Shown: in pieces, positions 10,350 to 18,936 of the stretch
Position numbering within the stretch: the first letter of the stretch is position 1
Layout of the letters: each line of letters starts with the position of its first letter
Assembly: GCA_937910285.1 (NCBI GenBank)
Contig: CALEOC010000027.1
Location: 6,725-70,724, forward strand
Length of the DNA: 64,000 nucleotides
Direction of reading: 5' to 3'
Source: an uncultured Myxococcales bacterium
GTDB taxonomy: Bacteria > Myxococcota > Myxococcia > Myxococcales > UBA5297
Notes under the pieces: model-generated
What the model saw: the letters and a program-made list of their open reading frames with translations, nothing else
Database searches by the model: none
What the model was told of the DNA's origin: nothing
Made by a program: the position numbers and the translations under genes

Positions 10350-10965
10350 GGGGGTCCCTTCTCCCCTTGGCGCAGGGAATCCGACGGCAGAGGAGGTCCG
10401 CCGGCGCCACCTGGGGATAAGCATTCGAGTCGATGTCGAGGGCGACGACCCGGTTCATTCGGGTGGCCGAAAGGCGACGCCCCCCTCCAGCCAGCGCCAG
10501 GGAGGCGCCGGGCGGCGAGCGAAAGCTCGCGAGCTCTAGCCCCGAAGAAGGACGCGCCCCGCAAAGAGCGGGCGCCTGGGTGTCGTAAGCGACAGCCCTT
10601 ATAGGTCCCAGAGTTCAGGGGTGTCAAGGGCCGGCGGGATAACGGTGGGTGTTTTGGCTTTTCGCAGTGCGGCCCGTGGGTTTCGACGCCGGGGCTCATT
10701 TCGCCCTCACCCAAGCCGGCCGAGCCGGAACCAAGATGAATCCGGGAGATCGGGGCGGCCGGCAGGCCCCAGTCGTCAGACTTCAGGCTGCAGATTCTTG
10801 CCAATCTGGTCAAACTCTGCCGAGTAGGTCCCCAACCCCTTGGGCGCAGCCAGTCATCCCGAGCTTCGCACCGGTCGTCTCGTGGCTGCGGCCTTCCGAC
10901 CCTCGTGCGCGCCGGCCTTTCCCGTCAGCCCGAGCGAGCTCGAGGTCCGCGTCGACCAGGTGAGA

Positions 10966-11435
10966 GCTGGCCGACCGCTGCAAATCCGCTGCGCTTGATT
11001 CGCCTGGCCTCTGGTACCAGCTTCGCTCCCGCTGCCAGTCTGAACCGAGCCGGAACCCGCCGGCATGGGGGGCGGCATTGCCCGGGGGGGAGAGGTCATT
11101 GTCGATTACCCATTGAAATAACTTCGAGCGCTGCCAGTGCGGCAAGTGCCCGGGGTATTTGTCGAGAGCGCTTTGGGCCAAGGCGAAGAACGCAACCATC
11201 GATTGGAATTCCCGGCGAGCTCCCGCCGGCCAAGGTTTATCGAGGGGATCTACTGCGCTGCCACCGTCGGCAAATCCAGGTGCGACGACCTCGACAAGAC
11301 CAAGCGGTGTATGTGTCCGACCTGCCCGGTCTGGGAGGACTACGCTCTGCAGGGCACGTGCTTCTTGCGTCGGCGGCGCTGCCGAGTAACGGGCGTACCG
11401 CGCAAAAGCGCTCGGCGGCAAAGGGCCACCGTCAC
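10966..11435. repeat. segmental duplication, copy B (decayed)
   Basis: Same-orientation paralogue of 851-1300 with scattered substitutions and small indels. Confidence 0.85.
11098..11389 (+). pseudogene. decayed DUF2769-family gene copy
   Basis: The position equivalent to the ATG at 983 reads ATT (11098-11100). An in-frame TAA follows eight codons later (about 11119-11121). The coding remnant is split over two frames (...IEGIYCAATVGKSRCDDLDKTKRCMCPTCPVWEDYALQGTCF... in one, ...GGAAE* in another). Confidence 0.8.
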
Positions 11436-11659
11436 CGCATTCGTCGCGTTCGCGGCTGGCTCTACCGCAGACCCCGCGCGCCGGTCTCGCTCGCCTGGCA
11501 ACGCCCTGCGGCGCGCGGGTCTCGCAGACTCTTCCACGGACCTCGAACCGCATTGTTGCCCGCTGCCGAAAGCGGGCGGCCCTCCATCGCTTCGGCGATC
11601 CGCCGTCCCCGGCTGTCAGCCCCATCGCCTACTATCCTCCGCCGAACCCGGAGGCCCGA

Positions 11660-13018
11660 ATGGCCAAACCCAAGACCCTCTACTCCTGCCAGTCCTGCGG
11701 CCACAAAGAGCCCAAGTGGCTCGGGCGCTGTCCCGACTGCGGCGGCTGGAACACGCTGGTCGAAGAGGTGGAGGAGCGCGAACAGAAGCGCGGCTGGGGC
11801 ACCCTTTCGACCGGCGGCAAGCCGGTGCGCCTGCTCGATGTCACCGCCGATCGCGAGGACCGGATGCTCACCGCCATCGGCGAGCTCGACCGGGTCTTGG
11901 GCGGCGGGGTGGTCGCCGGCGGCCTGGTGCTGCTCGGGGGCGATCCGGGCATCGGCAAGAGCACGCTGCTGCTCGCCGCGCTCGCCAAGCTCTCGCACCA
12001 CGGCTCGGCGCTCTACGTCACCGGCGAGGAGTCGCTGCGCCAGACGCGCATGCGCGCCGAACGCATGGGAATCGACGCCGAGAACCTGCACCTGATGGCC
12101 GAGACCGACGCCGAGAAGGTCATCGCCGCGGCCGGCAAGCTCAAGCCCTGCGCGCTGGCGGTCGACTCCATCCAGACGCTCTTCTTGCCCGAGCTCGGCA
12201 GCGCCCCGGGCACCATCAGCCAGGTGCGCGAGTGCTCCGGGCGCCTGATGGCCTATGCCAAGCGCACCGAGACCCCCACCTTCATCGTCGGCCACGTCAC
12301 CAAGGACGGCGCCATCGCCGGGCCGCGGGTCCTCGAGCACATGGTCGACACCGTCCTCTACTTCGAGGGCGACCGCGGGCATCCCTACCGCGTGCTGCGC
12401 GCCCACAAGAACCGCTTCGGCTCGACCAACGAGATCGGGGTCTTCGAGATGAAGTCGAGCGGGCTGAGCGAGGTGCTCGACCCCTCGGCGCTCTTCCTGG
12501 CCGAGCGGCCCGTCGATGCGTCGGGCTCGGTGGTCACCGCCTCGGTCTCGGGGACCCGGCCGCTGCTCGTCGAATTGCAGGCGCTCGTCGCGCCGACCGG
12601 CTACGGCACCGCGCGGCGCACGACGATGGGGGTCGATCACAACCGGGTCGCGCTGCTCGCCGCGGTGCTCGAGAAGAAGGAGGGCGTCGACCTGGCCGGC
12701 TGCGACCTGTTCGTCAACGTCGCCGGCGGCATCGAGCTCTCCGAGCCGAGCGCCGACCTCGCCATCCTCGCCGCGCTCGTCTCCAGCGTGCGCGACCGGC
12801 CGCTCGACGCGAAGACGATGGTCTTCGGCGAGGTCGGCCTCGCCGGCGAGGTGCGCGCGGTGGCGCAGGTCGAGCCGCGGCTTGTCGAGGCGGCCAAGAT
12901 GGGCTTCAAGCGCGCGGTGCTGCCGGCGGCCAGCGTGCGCAACCTCGAGAGCCCGCCGCTCGCGCTGGTGCCGGTCTCGACGATCGGCGAGGCGCTGCAG
13001 GCGCTGTTCGAGCGGTAG
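11660..13018 (+). CDS. radA: DNA repair protein RadA/Sms
   Basis: N-terminal zinc ribbon (CQSCGHKEPKWLGRCPDCGGWNT), Walker A (GGDPGIGKST), the KNRFG motif and a Lon-like C-terminal domain. Confidence 0.95.
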   Translation: MAKPKTLYSCQSCGHKEPKWLGRCPDCGGWNTLVEEVEEREQKRGWGTLSTGGKPVRLLDVTADREDRMLTAIGELDRVLGGGVVAGGLVLLGGDPGIGKSTLLLAALAKLSHHGSALYVTGEESLRQTRMRAERMGIDAENLHLMAETDAEKVIAAAGKLKPCALAVDSIQTLFLPELGSAPGTISQVRECSGRLMAYAKRTETPTFIVGHVTKDGAIAGPRVLEHMVDTVLYFEGDRGHPYRVLRAHKNRFGSTNEIGVFEMKSSGLSEVLDPSALFLAERPVDASGSVVTASVSGTRPLLVELQALVAPTGYGTARRTTMGVDHNRVALLAAVLEKKEGVDLAGCDLFVNVAGGIELSEPSADLAILAALVSSVRDRPLDAKTMVFGEVGLAGEVRAVAQVEPRLVEAAKMGFKRAVLPAASVRNLESPPLALVPVSTIGEALQALFER

Positions 13019-13022
13019 TCGG
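12904..13022. repeat. 119-bp direct repeat, copy 1 (native 3' end of radA)
   Basis: Matches 16084-16202 except for two adjacent bases (GAGAGCCCG versus GAGAATCCG). Confidence 0.9.
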
Positions 13023-13110
13023 ATTTGCGAGGAGCCTCGGGCGGGCTTGCCGACGCAGAGCGACGGCTTGCCTGTCGCGTCGGTTTCACGCCAGACACGG
13101 TGTCGAAGGG

Positions 13111-13147
13111 GTGACCGGCGGGAGGCAGAGAGCCCTCCGCCGGTCAC
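13111..13147. terminator. strong hairpin between convergent radA and the lipoprotein gene (possible terminator, no U tract)
   Basis: GTGACCGGCGGGAGG-CAGAGAGC-CCTCCGCCGGTCAC gives a stem of about 14 bp with one bulge. No T-rich tail follows. Confidence 0.3.
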
Positions 13148-13268
13148 TCGTATCGTGACCGCGCTTTGCGCAAGACCTGCTGGCAAGACGCCCCAGGCTC
13201 TGGGAGTGCCCACAGAAGGCGCCGCCCCCGCGCCCGCCCATGGCCCCCCCAGCGCAATCGCCAGCGGA

Positions 13269-14297
13269 TCAGTTGCAGGACACCCCTTGGAGCTGGCAGG
13301 TGCCGCTGATGCACGCGGCCGGAGGCATGCAGCTTGGCCCCGAGAGGTCGTTGCACGTTGCGCCATCGGCAGCCGCCGCAACACACGTGCCGCTCGCCTG
13401 GCCTTGGACCATTCGGCAAAACCCGCTGGCCCGGCAGAGCGTGACGCCTCCGGCAATGAAGCCGCAGGGCTGTCCAGCATCGGCGAAGGAGACTGCCTGG
13501 CAGGTGCCTCCGTTGCACAAGAGCCCTGCGGTCGGGTCACAGTCGCTGCTCTGATTACAAGCGCCCCCGGCCCCCGAGGCGGCACTGCACGTACCATTGC
13601 GGCAAGCCAGCGGTGACTTGCACGGCAAGCTGACGCCGCAGGGCGCCCCCGCAGCCCCAGGGCTGACGCACATTCCGTTGGACGCGCACTTGAGCCCGTC
13701 GGCACAGCGCTCGCCATTGGCGCACGAAGAGCCGGCAGGAACCGTCGCCGCGCAAGTCCCGCAGGCCGAGGTCATCCGGCAGGCCCCGCTCTGGCACTGC
13801 TCGTCCGCCCCGCAGACGCTGCCGTTGGGGAGGGTTCCCGCGGGAAAGTCGCAGGCGGCCGGAAGGTTGTCGCTGAAGAGGTCCTGACACGAGAGCCCGG
13901 CAAAGCTCGCGGCGCAGGTGCTCATCTGCTCGGCGAGGAAAGTCACGCCCTTCGCGGAGAAGGTCTCCTCGCAGCCAATCCGATTGCGCGCGCGGCAGGT
14001 GGCTACGTCGCCGTAGTTGATCTGCGCGCTAAATCCCGCGCACCGCTGAAGCAGGTTGCAAACGGCTCCGATGTGGGCATCACAGGCCTGGGCGGGAGAG
14101 ACCGGAGTGACGCAATTCTCGCAGGCACCCCATTCCGAGCCGTCCGAGTTGCAGGTCCGCTCGCCGGTGCCGCCGGTATCGCATTCGCAGGCCTCGGTCG
14201 AACCGGCGGTGCAGACGCTGCCGTCCTTGCTCGAATCCTCACCCGACCCACAACCCCCCAGGAACACCAGCACAAGCACCTTCACCGCTGATTTCAT
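13269..14297 (-). CDS. secreted cysteine-rich repeat lipoprotein
   Basis: It has a lipobox (LVFLGGC). I count 41 Cys in 342 aa, with a reiterated G..C....C..G..C..G.C pattern in the C-terminal half, like myxobacterial/Dickkopf-type Cys-rich repeats. Confidence 0.8.
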   Translation of the reverse strand: MKSAVKVLVLVFLGGCGSGEDSSKDGSVCTAGSTEACECDTGGTGERTCNSDGSEWGACENCVTPVSPAQACDAHIGAVCNLLQRCAGFSAQINYGDVATCRARNRIGCEETFSAKGVTFLAEQMSTCAASFAGLSCQDLFSDNLPAACDFPAGTLPNGSVCGADEQCQSGACRMTSACGTCAATVPAGSSCANGERCADGLKCASNGMCVSPGAAGAPCGVSLPCKSPLACRNGTCSAASGAGGACNQSSDCDPTAGLLCNGGTCQAVSFADAGQPCGFIAGGVTLCRASGFCRMVQGQASGTCVAAAADGATCNDLSGPSCMPPAACISGTCQLQGVSCN

Positions 14298-14758
14298 TGT
14301 GATCCCTCCGTTTGGGAATTAGCAGCACAGAAACAGAAGGCATGCCACGGGCAACAAGCGCCCCGGTACCCTCCGGCCGACGAGTATGGCCGATGGGGCG
14401 GGGCTGCGTCGAGGAGCCAAGCGCTCGCCCTGGCTTACCCAGACTCTCGGCGTCGGCCCCTGCCTGGCCAAGGACCGGGGCTCAGCGGCGGTTCTCCACA
14501 AATCCCGCGACTGCAGCATTGCGGTTAACGCGCGACAGCGCTTCCGTGCTGCGCAGCTTCACCTCGCGAAGGCGGCGCCGCGGCCTGAGCTCGCAAAGAA
14601 GGCGAGCGTGTCTTGCCGCCGGGTGCGGCGCTCGACGGTGCCCGTCATGCCGACCGGGCTCTTGCATCGAGGCAGCCGGGCGCCACCGAACCGGTCCGTT
14701 CGGTATCCCCGGGGCGTCGCTCCGACGCTCGGCACGTCAGACTGCCGAGCCACCCGCG

Positions 14759-15337
14759 CTATTGGAGCCAACTCCACCAGCGCAGGCTGGCGTCCTTGAT
14801 CTTTTCGGACACGTGCTTTCTGGCGAGGCGCTCGAAAGGACGGTATGCGGGCATCCGCTCGTGCACCTCGTAGCTGCCGTGCCATCGCAGGCGGATCACA
14901 TAGCGGCGCTCACCGAGGCGAACGCGCCACCAGTACCTGTGGTTGTTCTTCTTGCGCGTGACCGAGGCGAAGTCGCGCCAGGGAACAAAGGCGCCCCACC
15001 AGTGCCGCTGACCTGGCGTGTCGAGCCGCCGGCGCCTCCCGAAGACCGAGAGCAACATCACGCCCTCGTCGCTGAGGACGAGCCGCTTGGGGATCCAGGC
15101 CGCGAAGACGCCGACCACCGCCACTCCCACGACGGTCCCGAGTGAGATTCGCGCTTTGCCGGTGATCATGAGCGCGAGCGGCAGAAAGGCACCCACGCCG
15201 AATAGAAAGAGCCCTGCCAGCAGCGCGCCGACGTTGGGGGCGACCGAGCCGGCATCGTCTCGCAAGAAGAAGCTCCACAGTGACTGAGCGGAGCTCGGCT
15301 GCTGGGAAAGACGTGTCTTCCTTGACGGACGGGGCAT
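14759..15337 (-). CDS. hypothetical membrane protein
   Basis: I start at the internal ATG (complement 15335-15337, MPRPSRKTRLSQ...). Two clear hydrophobic helices are present (VGALLAGLFLFGVGAFLPLALMI, LGTVVGVAVVGVFAAWI), followed by a basic Trp-rich tail. No family was recognised. Confidence 0.55.
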   Translation of the reverse strand: MPRPSRKTRLSQQPSSAQSLWSFFLRDDAGSVAPNVGALLAGLFLFGVGAFLPLALMITGKARISLGTVVGVAVVGVFAAWIPKRLVLSDEGVMLLSVFGRRRRLDTPGQRHWWGAFVPWRDFASVTRKKNNHRYWWRVRLGERRYVIRLRWHGSYEVHERMPAYRPFERLARKHVSEKIKDASLRWWSWLQ

Positions 15338-15599
15338 CTGGTTCCTGGTTCCTGCCGCGGTTGGCCTGGCGCATTTCTGGGCGTCTGAGTGCAGCAAAAG
15401 AGGGGCAAGTGGCCAGTGCGACAAGGAAAAAGCAGGCGCTCCAGCGACCCTGGCGCCGAGTATGACCGTCTGTGTGGGCCTGCGTCGAGACGCTCGACAC
15501 CAGCCTGTGCGCCCGCCGCGGTGTCGGCGTGCAATTGAGGGCCCCAGGAGATCCTCGCCGCAGGCCAGGCAGCCAACCCGCAGGGAGCTCTCGGCGAGC

Positions 15600-16198
15600 A
15601 GCCGCACGTCAGGGACGCATGCCGCCGGGCGGCGGCGCTTGCCTCTTCCGAACACCTGGCGAAACTCTCCATCCCGGTGGGCGCCTGCGGCAACCTGCCG
15701 CCCGAGCTCGCGGAGAAGGTACTCGCCGACGGCGACGCCGACTTCGTGGCGTTCGGCCGGCCGCTCACCGCCGACCCGGAGATCGGCCGCAAGCTGCGCG
15801 AAGGGCGCCCCGCCGACGTGCGCCCCAGCACCCGCTGCAACCAGCTATGCACCGGCAACGCCTTCTTCGGGAAGGCGCTCGGCTGCGCGGTCAACCCGGA
15901 GGTCGGGTTCGAGGGGACGCGGAAGATCGAACGGGCCGACAAGCCCAAGCAGATCGCGATCATCGGCGCCGGACCGGCCGGCCTCGAGGCCGCTCGGGTG
16001 GCCGCGCTGCGCGGGCACACGGTCGAGGTCTTCGACAAGAACCGCTACCTCGGCGGCGTGCTCTGGCCGGCGGCCACCCCGGTCTTCAAGCGCGCGGTGC
16101 TGCCGGCGGCCAGCGTGCGCAACCTCGAGAATCCGCCGCTCGCGCTGGTGCCGGTCTCGACGATCGGCGAGGCGCTGCAGGCGCTGTTCGAGCGGTAG
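15600..16198 (+). pseudogene. chimeric remnant: middle of a FadH/OYE-type NADH:flavin oxidoreductase fused in frame to a copy of the last 37 codons of radA
   Basis: ...KLSIPVGACGNLPPELAEKVLADGDADFVAFGRPLTADPE... is the end of an OYE TIM barrel. ...QIAIIGAGPAGLEAARVAALRGHTVEVFDKNRYLGG... is a dinucleotide-binding fold. The text then switches abruptly to FKRAVLPAASVRNLENPPLALVPVSTIGEALQALFER*, which is the RadA C-terminus. No N-terminus is present. Confidence 0.8.
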
Positions 16199-16202
16199 TC
16201 GC
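16084..16202. repeat. 119-bp direct repeat, copy 2 (ectopic radA 3' end)
   Basis: See 12904-13022. Confidence 0.9.
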
Positions 16203-16415
16203 TCGAGAGCCTGTCGGCAACTCTACGGCGTATCGCGCGAGGCGGGCGCGCGGTCGTCTCGCCGGCCTGCGTGCGCGGATGAAGCGAGGTTGAGGTCGAC
16301 TTTTCGACGGGGCTTCACGCCGCTCTCGGCCTCGTCGCTCATGTCGACCGCGCGGCCACCCGCGCTGCCCTCCCCGCCCGCTCCGCGTGGCGCGCGAGGG
16401 CTCGTCCACCTCATT

Positions 16416-17447
16416 TCAGCGAGCTCGTGCCCCGGTGCGCTCGGCCCGCGCGAGGATCAGCTCTCCGGCGATGCTGATGGCGATCTCCGCCGGCGTCTCC
16501 GCCTCGATCGCCGTTCCGATGGGGGTGTGAATCCGCGCGATCGCCTCCTGAGGGATGCCCGCCTCGCGGAGCCTGGCGGCGATGGAGGCGCTCTTCGACC
16601 TGCTGCCGATGACCCCGAGGTAGGCGACCTCGGTGCGCAGCACCTGCTGCTGCACCGAAAAGTCGTGGGCGTGCCCCCGAGTCATCACCACCACGTAGTC
16701 GGCGGCGGTCAGGGTGATCGTCTCGGCGATCTTCGCAAAATCGCCCAGCAGCACCGTCTCGGCTCCGGGGAACCGCTCCCGCGAGGCGAACTCCTCGCGG
16801 TCGTCGATGACGACGCAGCGAAACCCGACGTGGGCGAGCACCGGCACCAGCTCCTGGGCGATATGGCCGCCGCCGAAGATCACGACCCGGCCCGCGCGCA
16901 CCAACGGCTCGGAGTAGTAGCGCCTTCCGGCGATCTCCATCTGCACCGCACGGCTCGCCCAGAGCGGGGCGAGCGGCTCCGCGGGCACGGCCAGGCCCGA
17001 GAGGCCTTGGCTGCGGCTGAAGAGGCCCATGTTCCAGGCCGAGGCGTCGGTCAGGTCGGTGACCAGCCAGGCGTCCTCGTCGCGACTGAACCCGGCCACG
17101 ATGGCCTCGACCCGCGCGAGGTTGGCGCTCTCGTTTGCAGCGACGAACTGGAAGTGGACCTTCACCTCGCCGCCGCAGATCATCCCCAGGTCTTCCACCT
17201 CGTTGCGGGCGAGGACGAAACCCTCCAGGCGAGAGCGCTTTTCATCGAGGATCTTCGCGGCGAGCCCCTCGGCGCGGTGCTCGACGGCGCCGCCTCCGAT
17301 GGTTCCGCGCAGCCTTCCCTGCCGGGTCACCAGCATCCTCGCCCCCGCCTCCCGGGGAATCGAGCCGGTGCTGGCGACGACGGTGACGAGCACCGCGTCT
17401 TCGCCGCTCTCCAAGCGCTCCTTCAGCAGGCCAAACATCGCTCTCAT
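16416..17447 (-). CDS. XdhC/CoxI-family molybdoenzyme maturation protein
   Basis: I start at MRAMFGLLKERL (ATG complement 17445-17447). The N-terminal XdhC domain reads VLVTVVASTGSIPREAGARMLV...GTIGGG. The C-terminal Rossmann part reads RVVIFGGGHIAQELVPVL...VVMTRGHAHD. Confidence 0.8.
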   Translation of the reverse strand: MRAMFGLLKERLESGEDAVLVTVVASTGSIPREAGARMLVTRQGRLRGTIGGGAVEHRAEGLAAKILDEKRSRLEGFVLARNEVEDLGMICGGEVKVHFQFVAANESANLARVEAIVAGFSRDEDAWLVTDLTDASAWNMGLFSRSQGLSGLAVPAEPLAPLWASRAVQMEIAGRRYYSEPLVRAGRVVIFGGGHIAQELVPVLAHVGFRCVVIDDREEFASRERFPGAETVLLGDFAKIAETITLTAADYVVVMTRGHAHDFSVQQQVLRTEVAYLGVIGSRSKSASIAARLREAGIPQEAIARIHTPIGTAIEAETPAEIAISIAGELILARAERTGARAR

Positions 17448-17812
17448 CGGACGAGACTCCCGGGTCGTTGGGGGAAAGGGAGGATAGCTCGAACGCGCGC
17501 GGGTCGAGTTGCTCAGAGGATGGAAGGTCGGTGCGGGACCGCCGTCGGTCTTCACCTTGGCTATCAGGTGTCGCTCGCTCTCAAAGGCTCGTCGAAGGCT
17601 TTGGGATAGGCGGACTGGGCCAGGGTTGCTCGGACGGGACTCAAAGCGACTCTGCCGCTCCCTCCTTGCCCCCAAGCCTTGCGGCTCCTGTCCGCAATAA
17701 GGGCTTCGCCGCCTTGCAACACCGGCCAAGCCAAAGCGCGCGCCCTGGTGACTGCCGCCGGCTCAATGGACCTATTTTCGCCTGACGCAGACCCGAACCA
17801 AGGAGAGATGCC

Positions 17813-18440
17813 ATGAGCGGCTTCGAGCACCTGTTGGCCCCGGGGAAGATCGGCAGCCTCGAGCTCCCCAACCGCATCCTGCTGAGCCCGATGGGAACCG
17901 AGATGTGCACCCCCGACGGCAAGTCGACCCCGGCTCCCCCCTCTGCTGCCCGACAGCGTCGCCGGGCTCGACTCGAAGCAGGTGGTCGACGTGCTCGACT
18001 TCCACCTCGGGGCGCCGCTCGGCAAGCGGGTGGTGGTCGCCGGCGGCGGTCTCTCGGGTTGCGACGCCGCGCTCGAGATAGCGGAGAAGGGCCACGAGGT
18101 CACCCTTGTCGAGATGCTCGACGAGATCGCCCGCGACATGCTCATCACCAACCGGATCACGCTGCTGCGCCAGCTTGCCGAGCGCGGGGTCAAGGTGCTC
18201 ACCGGGCGGACCATCACCGCCATCGAGGAGGGGGCGGTGGTCGCCCAAGGCCCCAACGGCCGCGAGGAGATCGCGGCCGACAGCGTAGTCGCGGCCTTCG
18301 GCGTCCTCCCGGCCACCGAGCTGACCGAGGCCCTGAGGCAGCGCTACGGCGCGAGGGTCCACCCGGTCGGCGACTGCGTCAAACCGCGCAAGGTGGGCGA
18401 CGCGGTCAACGACGCCTACGCGCTCGCGCTGACCTTGTGA
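17813..18440 (+). pseudogene. internally deleted FadH/OYE-type flavoenzyme gene (N-terminal ~40 codons joined out of frame to C-terminal ~165 codons)
   Basis: MSGFEHLLAPGKIGSLELPNRILLSPMGTEM... is a typical OYE N-terminus. About 120 nt later a different frame reads ...LLPDSVAGLDSKQVVDVLDFHLGAPLGKRVVVAGGGLSGCDAALEIAEKGHEVTLVE...VHPVGDC..., which is the C-terminal NAD(P)-binding part of 2,4-dienoyl-CoA-reductase-like enzymes. The barrel and FAD domain are missing here. Confidence 0.75.
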
Positions 18441-18936
18441 GGTCGTGCGGCGGGCCGGCCGGGTCGGGCGACCGTTCGCTCGCCCGGCCGGCTTGGCCGA
18501 CACTGGTCGAATCCAAGAGGTACGAGCCGAAGAAGGTACCGCCGTCGTCTCGACGACTCGAGCGCTCCTCGCTCGAGGTTGGCCCGTCCGCGGGGATTTC
18601 GGGCATCCCGACCTCCGCGAGGCATCGCTCGATCTGCCGGAGGAGGGGACAGTCTTCTGCCTTCACGGCTCGGATGTGCAGCGGTGCAGTCTTGCCTCAC
18701 CCGAGTTGGCCTCCGCGGCGATCCCGCCGGAGGCGATCCGTCGGCGCGATCGCGGCAATCGCGAGGGCTGCAGCCGCCAGCGGCCGCACTTCGCGAACCC
18801 GGCCGCCGGCTATCGAGCTGTCACCAACGCCCACGGGGCCCACGCGGCGAGGCTCTCCGCCGGCCCGGCGGTCACATATCGACCGCACCTGCGATTCGCC
18901 CGAGCCTGAGCCGGTGGCGCACAGGGACGGCCCGGC

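Noticed and set aside
10425-10965. Possible gene or mobile element in the 540 bp upstream of the glucan synthase start (ORFs 10304..10813 on the minus strand and 10649..10963 on the plus strand).
   Set aside because: The translations are Arg/Pro/Gly-rich with no motifs. No inverted terminal repeats or transposase-like text were seen. It is most simply the promoter and leader region.
13111-13147. Calling the many strong GC hairpins rho-independent terminators (13111-13147, 33321-33346, 43836-43855, 45459-45478).
   Set aside because: None is followed by a T/U-rich tract, so the canonical intrinsic-terminator definition is not met. I kept one as a low-confidence candidate and listed the others as repeats. 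Term-seq would be needed.
14298-14758. Possible small regulator remnant on the minus strand (...VKLRSTEALSRVNRNAAVAGFVENRR*).
   Set aside because: Only about 30 residues look protein-like, there is no start or N-terminal domain, and I cannot assign a family. The evidence is too weak for a feature.
15677-16198. An intact 173-aa gene, as listed in the ORF track.
   Set aside because: The product would be a domain fragment of a flavoenzyme, lacking the N-terminal barrel and the C-terminal domain, spliced to the RadA C-terminus. The apparent start is only the first GTG after an upstream stop. I treat it as a chimeric pseudogene.
18441-18936. Possible coding remnant on the minus strand (MKAEDCPLLRQIERCLAEVGMPEIPADGP...).
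   Set aside because: The protein-like stretch is short, quickly degenerates into Arg/Ser-rich text and matches no family I recognise. It may be debris from the same rearrangement that broke the flavoenzyme gene, but this cannot be supported from the sequence alone.
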